Assembly (NCBI GenBank): GCA_964392575.1
Contig: CAYMQT010000002.1
Span: 21,832-85,831 of the forward strand
Origin: an uncultured Polyangiaceae bacterium
Lineage (GTDB): Bacteria > Myxococcota_A > Polyangia > Polyangiales > Polyangiaceae
DNA length: 64,000 nucleotides
Direction of reading: 5' to 3'
Below the pieces are notes generated by a model, which did no database searches, was not told the DNA's origin, and was given only the letters and a program-made list of their open reading frames with translations. Shown here in pieces: positions 25,324 through 34,683 of the stretch. Position 1 is the stretch's first letter. The number at the start of each line of letters is the position of its first letter. Position numbers and translations under genes: made by a program.

Positions 25324-25649
25324 CCGTCAAAGGTACGCCTTCTGTGGGCGGTCCGCTACGGAGGCTCGCTCTTTTCGTGCTTCGACTGTTCAGATAAAAG
25401 CGCTTGCCGCGAAACAGGGAGTTGGCAGTCGAGACGACCGTCCAGTAAAAGCCAGAGCGCTCTCCGCGGCCCCCACTATCCATCCCGTTCTGCTCGAACG
25501 TGTCGGAGCAATCTAAAACGTGCCGCCCTGTTGCCCAGCGTTTTCAGCCAGTTTGTGGAAGGCAGACCGGTGTCGACAGTGGCGCACGTCGGATTGCGTC
25601 ACTGTCGCGGAGGAACCCGGGTCGGATTGCGGATTGCGATGATTGACCT

Positions 25650-27833
25650 CTAAAAGTCAGGCTCGCTGATGGGGTCTTCTCGCACGGCTTCGAGCTGCCA
25701 CTCGTGATCGCTGGCCGGAGCAATCAAAGGGTGAGGAGTGGGCGCCAGAGGGTTGGGGACGAGGGTGAGCGTGACGCAGGGCTCGGTCTCGAAATCGACG
25801 CGAGGGCCAGAGTAGGGGCTCGGTTGATCTCTTTCGGTGATCTCGAAGCCGGATCGTCCGGCGTGGATGCGTACGGGGATCTTATCGTTCGGTCCCCCCA
25901 GGGGCGTCAGCTCGAGCGCCGCGGAAATGGGCCGCGCTCCTCCCTTGGCGTCGGTGACGATCAGACGTCCACTTCCGGATCCCGTCACGCACACGGTGTC
26001 CTCGTCCCGCGTAAAGTTGAGCTTGCCCGAGATTTTGGCGGACATTTGCGTGTCGGAGAGGACAAGCACGTTGCTGTCCCTCTTGTCGCTGTTGGGCTCG
26101 ACTTCAAACGTTGAGTCGAGGTCGCGTTTTTCCAGACGCAAGTGATACTCGTCAGAGACGTTTTCGTAGATGTAGCCGGGTTCATCCTCCTGGCGGCCGA
26201 GGTCTTGCTTGATCGCGATGAGATAGCGTCCCGGGCGTAGGCTGAGCTGCTCGATCCGTAGATCGACGCCTGGGGCTCCGGAGCAATAGCTCGCAAGCGG
26301 ACTTTCGGAACCGCTGGCGAAGAGGTAGGCGCAGGTTTTCATGTTGGGCAGGCTGGTGAGCGAGAGGGTGGTCGTGGTGCGCTCGGCACTGCCTGGAACG
26401 AGGAGAGAGAAGTTGTCTTGGTCTCCTCGTCCTTCGTTGATGCGCTTGCCCAGCTTTCCGCTCACCGTAGCTCCGAAGGGGACGACAGTGGCCGTGTTGA
26501 CGTCGTGGTTGGGCTCTTGCTCCATGCCGGAAAATTCCGGAGGTCGGTGCGCCCTTTCGTAGAGAGCGTAGGCGCCGTAACCGAGGGCAGAAAGAGCGAC
26601 AATGGCTATGAACTTGGTCAAGTCGGCCCGTCTTTGCAGGCTCTTTTCGTAAGCAAAAACTTCGTCCCGATTCGCCATCGACTCATCATCGGGCGTGCGG
26701 AATGTGCCAGATTCCGGCAGGGGAAGGCTCACTTGGCTGGTGTCATGGAGCTGAGATCGCAAGGCGTCTTCGAGCTCGGCTACGGTTTGATAACGGTCGT
26801 CCGGATCCTTCTCGAGTCCCTTGAGGATGAGGCGGCTCACGCTCTCTCTGATGTTGAGCTTCGGGACTCTTTCATGGGGTGGCTGGGGTCTCTCTTTGAC
26901 TTGCTTGGTCAAGACGCCCACATGGTTGGGGGCTTCAAACAAATGGGTGGCGGTGAGACAGGTATACATGACCGCGCAAAGCGCATAGATGTCGCTACGG
27001 GCGTCGACTTCTTCTCCCCGCACTTGTTCGGGCGGCATGTAGTAGGGCGTGCCGACGATGTTTCCCGTCATCGTGATTTGGTGGTCGCGCCTCTCCTGTA
27101 GTTTGGCCAGCCCAAAGTCGAGGACCTTCACCGTTTCCTCTCCGCGCGCGCCGCGAGTCAAAAAGATGTTCTCCGGCTTGAGGTCTCGGTGGACCATGCC
27201 CACCCCGTGCGCTTCTCGCAGGGCGCCGCAGACCTGGATGACGATCTTGGCGATCTGAGAAAACGGGAGCGGTCCGTGATTTTCGACGAGATCCCCGAGA
27301 TCCTGGCCGCTCAGATACTCCATAGCCAGATAGGTCAGCCCGTCGGCGCTGCCATAATCGAAGACCTGTACCGTGTTGGGGTGCGAGAGCTTACTGACCA
27401 TGAGCGCTTCTCGCTTGAAGCGCTGAACGGTGTCCTTGTTCCTGGCAAGCTCTCCCGTGAGCAGCTTGAGGGCCATGATCTTTCCGATCTTGGCATGCTC
27501 CACTTTGTACACCACACCCATGCCTCCTCGGCCGATCATGCTGAGGATGTGATAGCGGTCGGCGACGGTGGCCCCGATGAGTGGATCGGCGTTGACCTGA
27601 GGCTGAGTCTTCTCGAGCTGCGGCACTCCGCTCAAAGGTCTTGTAGAGAGCAGCGGTCCTGGAGAGGGCAGCGGTTCTGTAGGGAGCAATGCGGCGTGGG
27701 CTTTTCGGCCACATTGGGAGCAGAACTCCGCGTCGAGGGGCAATTCGGCGCCACAGGCCCTGCACTGGGCTACGGTATTTGCGGGACTCTGCGGCATCAA
27801 CCTACTGTACAGGTCGGGCGCGCTATCGCCCAC
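25650..27833 (-). CDS. Ser/Thr protein kinase with an N-terminal zinc ribbon, one TM segment and an extracytoplasmic beta-rich sensor region
   Basis: Zinc ribbon (CRACGAELPLDAEFCSQCG) and Hanks kinase motifs (GRGGMGVVYK; HRDLKPENIFL; DFGLAK; GTPYYMPPE). TM segment (FIAIVALSALGYGAYALY) followed by about 290 aa outside the membrane. Confidence 0.9.
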   Translation of the reverse strand: MGDSAPDLYSRLMPQSPANTVAQCRACGAELPLDAEFCSQCGRKAHAALLPTEPLPSPGPLLSTRPLSGVPQLEKTQPQVNADPLIGATVADRYHILSMIGRGGMGVVYKVEHAKIGKIMALKLLTGELARNKDTVQRFKREALMVSKLSHPNTVQVFDYGSADGLTYLAMEYLSGQDLGDLVENHGPLPFSQIAKIVIQVCGALREAHGVGMVHRDLKPENIFLTRGARGEETVKVLDFGLAKLQERRDHQITMTGNIVGTPYYMPPEQVRGEEVDARSDIYALCAVMYTCLTATHLFEAPNHVGVLTKQVKERPQPPHERVPKLNIRESVSRLILKGLEKDPDDRYQTVAELEDALRSQLHDTSQVSLPLPESGTFRTPDDESMANRDEVFAYEKSLQRRADLTKFIAIVALSALGYGAYALYERAHRPPEFSGMEQEPNHDVNTATVVPFGATVSGKLGKRINEGRGDQDNFSLLVPGSAERTTTTLSLTSLPNMKTCAYLFASGSESPLASYCSGAPGVDLRIEQLSLRPGRYLIAIKQDLGRQEDEPGYIYENVSDEYHLRLEKRDLDSTFEVEPNSDKRDSNVLVLSDTQMSAKISGKLNFTRDEDTVCVTGSGSGRLIVTDAKGGARPISAALELTPLGGPNDKIPVRIHAGRSGFEITERDQPSPYSGPRVDFETEPCVTLTLVPNPLAPTPHPLIAPASDHEWQLEAVREDPISEPDF

Positions 27834-27876
27834 TTCTGGCCCCCCAAAGCCTAGGATGCGTTGGGGAGGCTTCGGG

Positions 27877-28650
27877 TCACGCGGCCTGCTCTTCGCTGAT
27901 CAGCGTACGCAGGCGGCGCATGGCGCGTGAGTGGAGCTGAGAAACGCGGGGTTCACTCACGCCCAGTTCGATACCTAGTTCCTTGAACCGCACCCCGTGA
28001 AAATAGTGCGCGGCTACGATGTGGCGCTCACGCGCGGGTAATTCGCTGACGGCGCGAGTGAGCGCTTCCGTGTGGCGCTTCTGAATCAAGCTGGCTTCGG
28101 CGTTGTCCGCACAGGCGGTGGCCAGGCATTTCCCTTGCTCCAAGACGCTGACGTCTTCAAACCTTACGATGGCCGGGGCGACGGAGCGGGTGTGATCTCC
28201 GCGTTCTTCTGCCTTCACGGCTGCACTCCTGGCGCGGCGGCTCAGCCAGTCCTGGGACCTCAACTCGTCGAGAATGGCTCCACGAATGCGCATGCGGACG
28301 TAGCTTTCGAAGCGCTCATTGGGCATGTCGAGTTGGCGGCGGACGGCGTCCCAGAGACCGCTCATTCCCGCGGCGATCAAGTCATCACGCTCCACGCTGC
28401 TGGGGAGCTTCTTCTGAAAACCACCGGCGATTTGCTTTACGACGGGCATGTAGTTGGCCATGAGCTCGGCTTCGGTCCGTCCTTCCTTGACTGAAATCGA
28501 GGGATGCACCCGTCGACTGATGTTGGTCCGTTTCGCTGTGCGCTTCGCTGTGGTCCTCAGGGTCTGAGGGGTCCACCCGGTGGCCGTCTGGAAGGACTCG
28601 AGCGAGGAATGTGAAAAAGAACCGCTTGAAAATTGTACCTGATCCATCAT
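27877..28650 (-). CDS. Group-3 sigma-70 family factor (FliA/WhiG-like)
   Basis: Region 2 (DDLIAAGMSGLWDAVRR), region 3 (RIRGAILDELR) and region 4 (ERHIVAAHYFHGVRFKELGIELGVSEPRVSQLHSRAMRRLR). GGGAG lies 8 nt upstream of ATG 28650. Confidence 0.8.
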   Translation of the reverse strand: MMDQVQFSSGSFSHSSLESFQTATGWTPQTLRTTAKRTAKRTNISRRVHPSISVKEGRTEAELMANYMPVVKQIAGGFQKKLPSSVERDDLIAAGMSGLWDAVRRQLDMPNERFESYVRMRIRGAILDELRSQDWLSRRARSAAVKAEERGDHTRSVAPAIVRFEDVSVLEQGKCLATACADNAEASLIQKRHTEALTRAVSELPARERHIVAAHYFHGVRFKELGIELGVSEPRVSQLHSRAMRRLRTLISEEQAA

Positions 28651-28705
28651 GAAGTAACTCCCACTTGGAGTGCCCTAGAGCAGGAGTCGTGCCAGAGGAG
28701 CGATT

Positions 28706-28721
28706 CAGCTGAATTCAGCTG
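28706..28721. promoter_or_regulatory. Perfect 16-bp palindrome CAGCTGAATTCAGCTG in the divergent sigma/pilM control region
   Basis: Read directly. It lies 56 nt upstream of the sigma factor start codon. An operator role is inference. Confidence 0.35.
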
Positions 28722-29033
28722 CAACATGGCGATCAGGCTGTCGCGGATGAGTCATCTTTGACCCCGGCTGACTTCGGCGCCATATCGACCAGAAGCCAAT
28801 GGCGCGGGAAATCGACACCCGTAGGCCGACCTGGCTAGAAAGTGTCATAAAATACCCAGGGTCATTTATTACCCATTTCGGGTGAAGAGGCCTCCCGCCG
28901 TCGGGCTGAGTTCGTACGCTGCTTTCAAACCGGCGTTTTCTTGGCTGGTTTGCCGCGGGGGTGCGAGGATCCTTTGCAAGGTCCCGGAAGGCCTTCCGAA
29001 ACACTCGGAATTTGAACGGTCTCTGACACCGGG

Positions 29034-30104
29034 GTGGCTAGAAAAGCGATGCGAGAAGGAAAAAACCTGATCGGAGTGGATATTGGGACCACGTCAATCA
29101 AGGTCTGCCAGATCAAGCACGGCAGGAAAGGCCTTGAGCTTTCACGCTTTGGCTACGAGCCGCTGGCGTCGCAGGTTGTGGTCGACGGGCAGGTCATGGA
29201 CGCCAAGGTCGTGACCGAACTGCTCCAGAAGATCTTCAAGGAGTCGAAGATCGGTCAGAGGGACGTGGCGGTGAGTGTCGCAGGTCAGGCAGCGATCATT
29301 CGAAAGATCTCCGTCCCTTTGATGACGAATGCGGAGTTGGATGAGCAGATTCAGTGGGAAGCGGAACAGCACATTCCCTTCGACATCAAAGATGTTCAGG
29401 TCGACCACCAGGTGCTTCATCGCAACCCGGATGAGGGGCAGATGGAAGTTCTTCTGGTAGCCGCCAAGCGGGACCAGATCGAGGATTACGCGCAGATCAT
29501 ACGTGCAGCGAAGCTCAGGCCTCTGGTGTGCGACATCGATGCCTTCTGTGTGCAGAACCTTTTTGAAGCAACGCGCGGTCTCGACCCCAGCCAGACGTTC
29601 GCGGTGGTGAACGTGGGTGCGACTCTGGCGAGCCTCAACGTCATCGCCAACGGAACGAGCGCTTTTTCGCGAGAAATTGCCAATGGCGGGAACGCGGTGT
29701 CCGAGGAAATCCAGCGCACCATGAACGTCCCGTTCGAGCAGGCAGAGGCCTACAAATGCGGTGATGGCCACGATGGAATCGTCCCTGAACAGGTGCTTCA
29801 AATCGTCGAAGGTAGCTGTGATTCGATTGCCGCTGAGATCCAGCGCAGCCTCGACTTTTTTATGGCGACGAGCGGCGACACGTCCATCAGCAGGCTTTAC
29901 CTGACCGGCGGCTGCTCCAACCTGGGGCCCCTAGCGCAGGCGGTCGAACACCGTTCGAGGATCCCCGTCGAGACGTGGGTCCCGACAGAAGCGCTCTCGG
30001 CGGTGGGCAAGGATGTCAACCAAGACAAGTTGGTTCGTCACGGGCTTCAGCTTTCGGTGGCTCTGGGTCTAGCGCTCCGGAAGGACCGTGAGGTGCGCGC
30101 ATGA
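29034..30104 (+). CDS. pilM: Type IV pilus assembly protein PilM
   Basis: Actin-like ATPase fold N-terminus (LIGVDIGTTSIKVCQIK). First gene of a pilMNOPQ array. Start is GTG 29034 or ATG 29049. Confidence 0.9.
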   Translation: MARKAMREGKNLIGVDIGTTSIKVCQIKHGRKGLELSRFGYEPLASQVVVDGQVMDAKVVTELLQKIFKESKIGQRDVAVSVAGQAAIIRKISVPLMTNAELDEQIQWEAEQHIPFDIKDVQVDHQVLHRNPDEGQMEVLLVAAKRDQIEDYAQIIRAAKLRPLVCDIDAFCVQNLFEATRGLDPSQTFAVVNVGATLASLNVIANGTSAFSREIANGGNAVSEEIQRTMNVPFEQAEAYKCGDGHDGIVPEQVLQIVEGSCDSIAAEIQRSLDFFMATSGDTSISRLYLTGGCSNLGPLAQAVEHRSRIPVETWVPTEALSAVGKDVNQDKLVRHGLQLSVALGLALRKDREVRA

Positions 30105-30742
30105 TCAGGATCAACCTCCTCCCTCAGAAAAGACGCCGCGTTGAAACCGGTGGCGGCGGGGAAATGTGGGTTCTGGCCGCGGTGGGTGTGCTGGCACTCG
30201 AGATCGTGGGCCTGTTTTTCTACCACAACACCCTAGAAGCTCAGCTGCAGGACGAGCAGCAGAAAAATAAGCAGCTGAGCGCCAAGATCGAGGCCTCCAA
30301 GGAGTCGGTCAAGAATCACAAGAACGTTCTCTCCGAGCTCGAACGCATGCGAGCGCGTGAGGACGCCATCGCAAAGCTTCAGTCCGCCCGCACCGGACCG
30401 ACGGCTGTGCTGCTTGAAACGGCGCGCCTCCTCACTCCGGGGCGTGGGCCGAGTGTAGACCCGGAAAAGCTTGCTCAAGTGAGGAAGGACAACCCTCTTG
30501 CGGCCTTCAACCCCACTTGGGACACCCGGCGCCTTTGGGTCGAATCCTTCGCCGAGGAAAGCCGAGTCTTGCAGATTTCTGGTGTGGCGCGGGACGGGGA
30601 AGACGTGAGTGAGCTCGCGAAGCGCATGAACCTTTCCGATTACTTTGGCTCCGTTCGCATTCTGCCCGGGCAGAGAACCAGGGACAGTGCCTCTGGTCTA
30701 GAGCTCGTGAAATTCTCCCTCGAGGCGGAGGTAAAATACTGA
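30101..30742 (+). CDS. pilN: Type IV pilus assembly protein PilN
   Basis: ATGA overlap with pilM. Canonical N-terminus MIRINLLPQKRR followed by a TM segment. Confidence 0.85.
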   Translation: MIRINLLPQKRRRVETGGGGEMWVLAAVGVLALEIVGLFFYHNTLEAQLQDEQQKNKQLSAKIEASKESVKNHKNVLSELERMRAREDAIAKLQSARTGPTAVLLETARLLTPGRGPSVDPEKLAQVRKDNPLAAFNPTWDTRRLWVESFAEESRVLQISGVARDGEDVSELAKRMNLSDYFGSVRILPGQRTRDSASGLELVKFSLEAEVKY

Positions 30743-31341
30743 TGGCTGACAGTGCTCTTTCCAGAATGCCGCTCCCGGCGAGAATTGGCATCACGGTCTG
30801 CCTTCTCGTGCTCGGAGGACTGGCCTATTATGTGCTGTTTTTCAGCGAAACTTCGGGCCAAATCGAGACTACGGTGGCGGCCCGCTCGAAACTCGAAAGT
30901 GATTTGAAGGACGCCAAGCAAGCGGAGTCCCTCTATCAGAAGGATCTGGAGGAGTTGGCCAAGCGCCGCGAGCGTGAGCGCGAACTCAACAAAGTGTTGC
31001 CTCAGACGACCGAGTACCCGGCGTTTCTTTCCTCGGTGCAGTCCGTGGCCAACGCATCCGGAGTGGATCTGACCGCTTGGACCCCGCAGCCTGAAGTGCG
31101 CGCGGAATACTACGCCAAGCTCCCGATGAAGGTTCAGCTCACGGGACGCTTTCACCAGATTGCCAAGTTCTTTTATGGGATCGGACAAAACGACCGAATC
31201 ATGAACATGGAGAACATTTCTCTATCGAGTCCGCGGGTGGTCGACCAGGACATCTATTTGAAGGTGGAAGGCCTCGCGACCGCCTTCCGAGCACTCGGCT
31301 CTGAGGAAGCTGAAGCAGCCGAAAAGAAGAGGAAGCGCTAA
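30742..31341 (+). CDS. pilO: Type IV pilus assembly protein PilO
   Basis: 1-nt overlap with pilN. TM segment, coiled coil and a PilO-like C-terminal part (LPMKVQLTGRFHQIAKFFYGIGQNDRIMNMENISL). Confidence 0.85.
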   Translation: MADSALSRMPLPARIGITVCLLVLGGLAYYVLFFSETSGQIETTVAARSKLESDLKDAKQAESLYQKDLEELAKRRERERELNKVLPQTTEYPAFLSSVQSVANASGVDLTAWTPQPEVRAEYYAKLPMKVQLTGRFHQIAKFFYGIGQNDRIMNMENISLSSPRVVDQDIYLKVEGLATAFRALGSEEAEAAEKKRKR

Positions 31342-31342
31342 G

Positions 31343-32047
31343 ATGAAAAAGCTAGCCGCCGCCTCCCTTGCGCTTGCCCTTCTCGGGTGTGAAGAAGAGC
31401 CCGCTCTTCAGTTTGGACAGCCGTCGCCTCCTGCGGGCGGGCGTTCCGCCAAAACGGCAGCCCCAGAAGCGGAAAAAGCCAGCGATTTACCACCTGCGGT
31501 CGATTTTCAGGAGACGGCCTTCAATGAATCTGAGCGCAGTCGCGACCCGTTTCGGAACTATGCCAGGGCTTTCGTCGACGAAGCCCGCGGGCAGGTGACT
31601 TCCCAGCGTGAGGTCCTTTTGGATCAGTATGCCATCGAAGAGCTCAAGCTGGTCGCTCTGATTCAGCGCATCGAGCCCGCGCGAGCCATGCTGGTCGACC
31701 CGTCCGGGGTAGGTCATGTGGTCCAGCGAGGGCAGTTCATTGGCCGCGCCTCTGTCGTTCAGCCGACGGGAGGTGTGGGTGCTGCCTACGAGGTGAACTG
31801 GCGAGTGGACCGCATCCGCGAGGGAGATTTGGTGCTCGTGCGGGATGACCCCTCGAACCCTGATGTTCCGAGTGCCACCCGGGTGCTGCCCCTCAGGACC
31901 GGGGAAATTACCGCCACAGGGGAGAAGAAGGATGGCCAGTCCGAGGGCGGCCTCGAAAGTGAGCTCAGGAAGATGCAGGAGCGTCTGGCAGCCTTGGCGG
32001 CAGCCGAGGCGGCGAAGCAGCGGCAAGAGCAAGGGGAAAAACCCTAA
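31343..32047 (+). CDS. pilP: Type IV pilus assembly lipoprotein PilP
   Basis: Lipobox (LALALLGC) and a PilP-like beta domain (LKLVALIQ...AMLVDPSGVGHVVQRGQFIG). Position between pilO and pilQ. Confidence 0.75.
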   Translation: MKKLAAASLALALLGCEEEPALQFGQPSPPAGGRSAKTAAPEAEKASDLPPAVDFQETAFNESERSRDPFRNYARAFVDEARGQVTSQREVLLDQYAIEELKLVALIQRIEPARAMLVDPSGVGHVVQRGQFIGRASVVQPTGGVGAAYEVNWRVDRIREGDLVLVRDDPSNPDVPSATRVLPLRTGEITATGEKKDGQSEGGLESELRKMQERLAALAAAEAAKQRQEQGEKP

Positions 32048-32130
32048 GAATTTGTTCCTTTGATCGACACCGAAGTAGAGTCCTCCATCATGCCGCGAAA
32101 ATGCCGCGGACCGCAGGACGGAGACAGCGG

Positions 32131-34419
32131 ATGCGCCCGACTTTCATGAGAACTCATCGACAACTCACCAGCTTCTTCTTGGCGGCTAGCTTGTTTTTCG
32201 CTCAATCTGCTTGGGCTGGTGAAGGAGCCGAGGTCACGGACGTCCGCCTGACTGATGGTGAGAACGAGATGGGTGCCGTCGAGATCGAGCTGACGGGTGT
32301 TCCGACCTACACCGCTCGCCTCGACGAGAACGCCAAGAGGTTGATCATCGATCTCACAGGTTCTCGGTTGAAAGGTGCTCCTGAGGCCCTTGTTTCTGGC
32401 CGGGGAGTCGTCGGCGGGGTGACCACCCAGGCGTTTGAATCGGGCGAAAGCACCACGACCCGGGTTTCGATTTCTCTTCTGAAAGAGGCTCGTTACGGGG
32501 TTTCGGTAGAAGGGAATCGCCTCAGGGTTCGCTTTGAGAAGGGAAAGTTTGGGGCGCTGTCCGCTCTCGACCGGCGCGCTCTCGCCGCACAGATACGCAC
32601 GACGACGGAGTCGGCCGTGTCTGGTCTGCATTTTGACCACAAGACCGGCAGAGACGTGCTCGAAATCGTGCTCGACTCGCGGGCCCGCTTTCGTGTGGAA
32701 AATACGAGCAAAGGCCGCAGCATATTGATCCTGCGCGACACCGTTTTGCCCAAGGAATTGTCCCGGGTGCTCGATGTCGACGCTTACGACGGCGACGTGC
32801 ACAAGATCTCGGCCTTTTCAAAAGGGGGAGATGTGATCCTCGAGGCCAAGCGCAACACGCATGTCACCAGTTCGGTGGAGCGCAAGGGCAACACTCTGCT
32901 CTGGACGTTCTATCAGCCCGGAAGCCTCCACTCGAGCCTCACGGGCATGGGCAAGGACGGGGGCGCTGCACGCAAATCCCGCACCATCTCTACGGACGCG
33001 CCGCTTTTGGAGCTTCCCGAGATCCACACCGGCATGGAAAGTCTCATCGACGCCACCACGGCCGAGTCGGACGAGGCCGCTGCCTTCGGTCCTGCGGTCA
33101 TGGGTCAGGCGCGTGGTTACTCAGGACGGCGCATCGATCTGGATTTGAAGGACGCCGATATCCATAACGTTCTGCGTTTGATCGGGGACGTTTCGCGGCG
33201 CAACATCGTTGTCGCCGATGACGTAGGCGGTACCGTAACGATTCGTTTGCGCAACGTCCCTTGGGATCAAGCGCTGGCCGTGATCCTTCAGTCCAAGAAG
33301 CTGGGTATGGTGGAGCAGGGCAACCTGCTCCGGATTGCTCCGCTCGACACTCTGCAGCGAGAGCGTGAGCAGGAGATCGAGCGCCGCAAGATGGAAGTGG
33401 AGCTTGCGCCCATCGAAACCCGCCTCATTCCCGTCAGCTACGCCAGTGCCAGCGAGCTTCAGTCCCGCGTCGCGCCGTTGCTCTCGGATCGCGGGAGCCT
33501 CACGACCGATGAAAGAACGAACACGCTCATCGTTCGGGACGTGAGTGCATCGCTGGATCAGGTGGAGGAACTTTCCCGTGCTCTCGACACACAGACTCCC
33601 CAGGTGTTGGTAGAAGCGCGCATCATTGAAGCGACGAGCACCTATTCACGCGACGTCGGTATTCAGTGGGGCGGTTCTGGAACCGTGTCTTCGACCACAG
33701 GCAATCCGACCGGACTCGCGTTTCCGAGTTCCATTGGCGTAGCCGGTGGCGCCACGGACGGTCAGACCCCGACCCAGGGTCTTAGCCCGTTCACCCCCAC
33801 CGTTGCCAACCCCAACTTCGCCGTCAACATGCCGGCCGCGGTCGGTACGGGTCGAGGTGGCGCGCTCGGTCTCACTTTTGGCTCGATCGACAACAATGTG
33901 AATCTGGCGCTCCGTCTCTCGGCGGCTGAGTCGAGCGGTATGCTCCGCATTCTTTCCAGTCCGCGCATTCTGACCATGGACAACATGGAAGCGAAGATCA
34001 GCCAAGGTACGATGATCCCGTTTTCCCAGGTTTCAGCCCAGGGCGTGCAGACGGTCTTTCAGAATGCCACCCTCGAACTCAACGTGACGCCGCATGTGAC
34101 CGCCGACGGCTCCGTGCAGATGGAAGTGAAGATCAGCAGAGACGAGCCCGACTTCAACCAGACGTCTGCTCGTGGTGATCCAACCATTCTCAAGCGTGAA
34201 GCCAACACCCAGCTGCTCGTCATGGATGGTCACACGGCGGTGATCGGCGGCATCTTCGTTCGCAACACGGGTCGCAACGTGGACCAGGTACCGTTCTTCG
34301 GAGACATTCCTATCCTTGGGATCCTTTTCCAGCGGCGGCGAGCGACGGATACCCGCGGTGAGCTCGTGATCTTCATCACTCCGCGCATCGTCAACCGCGC
34401 AGAAGCGCTCGGTCGCTGA
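32131..34419 (+). CDS. pilQ: Type IV pilus secretin PilQ
   Basis: AMIN-like N-terminal domains, a secretin N domain (DADIHNVLRLIGDVSRRNIVVADDVGGTVTIRLRNVPWDQAL) and a secretin C domain (VPFFGDIPILGILFQ). Start taken at ATG 32131 before the signal peptide; the ORF opens at 32101. Confidence 0.9.
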   Translation: MRPTFMRTHRQLTSFFLAASLFFAQSAWAGEGAEVTDVRLTDGENEMGAVEIELTGVPTYTARLDENAKRLIIDLTGSRLKGAPEALVSGRGVVGGVTTQAFESGESTTTRVSISLLKEARYGVSVEGNRLRVRFEKGKFGALSALDRRALAAQIRTTTESAVSGLHFDHKTGRDVLEIVLDSRARFRVENTSKGRSILILRDTVLPKELSRVLDVDAYDGDVHKISAFSKGGDVILEAKRNTHVTSSVERKGNTLLWTFYQPGSLHSSLTGMGKDGGAARKSRTISTDAPLLELPEIHTGMESLIDATTAESDEAAAFGPAVMGQARGYSGRRIDLDLKDADIHNVLRLIGDVSRRNIVVADDVGGTVTIRLRNVPWDQALAVILQSKKLGMVEQGNLLRIAPLDTLQREREQEIERRKMEVELAPIETRLIPVSYASASELQSRVAPLLSDRGSLTTDERTNTLIVRDVSASLDQVEELSRALDTQTPQVLVEARIIEATSTYSRDVGIQWGGSGTVSSTTGNPTGLAFPSSIGVAGGATDGQTPTQGLSPFTPTVANPNFAVNMPAAVGTGRGGALGLTFGSIDNNVNLALRLSAAESSGMLRILSSPRILTMDNMEAKISQGTMIPFSQVSAQGVQTVFQNATLELNVTPHVTADGSVQMEVKISRDEPDFNQTSARGDPTILKREANTQLLVMDGHTAVIGGIFVRNTGRNVDQVPFFGDIPILGILFQRRRATDTRGELVIFITPRIVNRAEALGR

Positions 34420-34445
34420 TCGACTGGGTCGCTCTCGACCTTCCA

Positions 34446-34474
34446 ACGCCCCCGACGAAAGTAGGGGGCGTTTT
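34446..34474 (+). terminator. Rho-independent terminator candidate after pilQ
   Basis: Stem ACGCCCCC/GGGGGCGT (8 bp), 10-nt loop, then TTT(T)G. Confidence 0.6.
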
Positions 34475-34648
34475 GCGTCGTCTTCGCCGCCAGGGAGGCT
34501 TTTCCGTCCGCCTGGGTGAAGAAAACTGCTTGAAATCGACGGTCGCGCTCGAAGGCAAAGCGCTTTGAAGCAGGACAACGCGCTTCAAATGGCCAATATG
34601 TAAAGATGACAAGACAAATTGATAGATCGGACAGTAGAAGCAACCCCA

Positions 34649-34677
34649 TTGACACTTGCCAATATTGAGCGGATATT
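34649..34677 (+). promoter_or_regulatory. Sigma-70-like promoter candidate (TTGACA-N17-GATATT)
   Basis: Read directly in an AT-richer patch. The -10 element ends only 6 nt before the GTG at 34684, so either the mRNA is near-leaderless or the true start codon lies further downstream. Confidence 0.3.
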
Positions 34678-34683
34678 TGATAG

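Noticed and set aside
28935-28985. Sigma-54 promoter upstream of pilM (TGGCTGGTTTGCC and GGGGTGCGAGGATCCTTTGCA).
   Set aside because: The GG-to-GC spacing does not match the -24/-12 geometry in either candidate.
28705-29004. 99-aa minus-strand ORF in the sigma/pilM intergenic region.
   Set aside because: It has no RBS, no motifs and atypical composition, and it occupies what is more plausibly a divergent promoter region.
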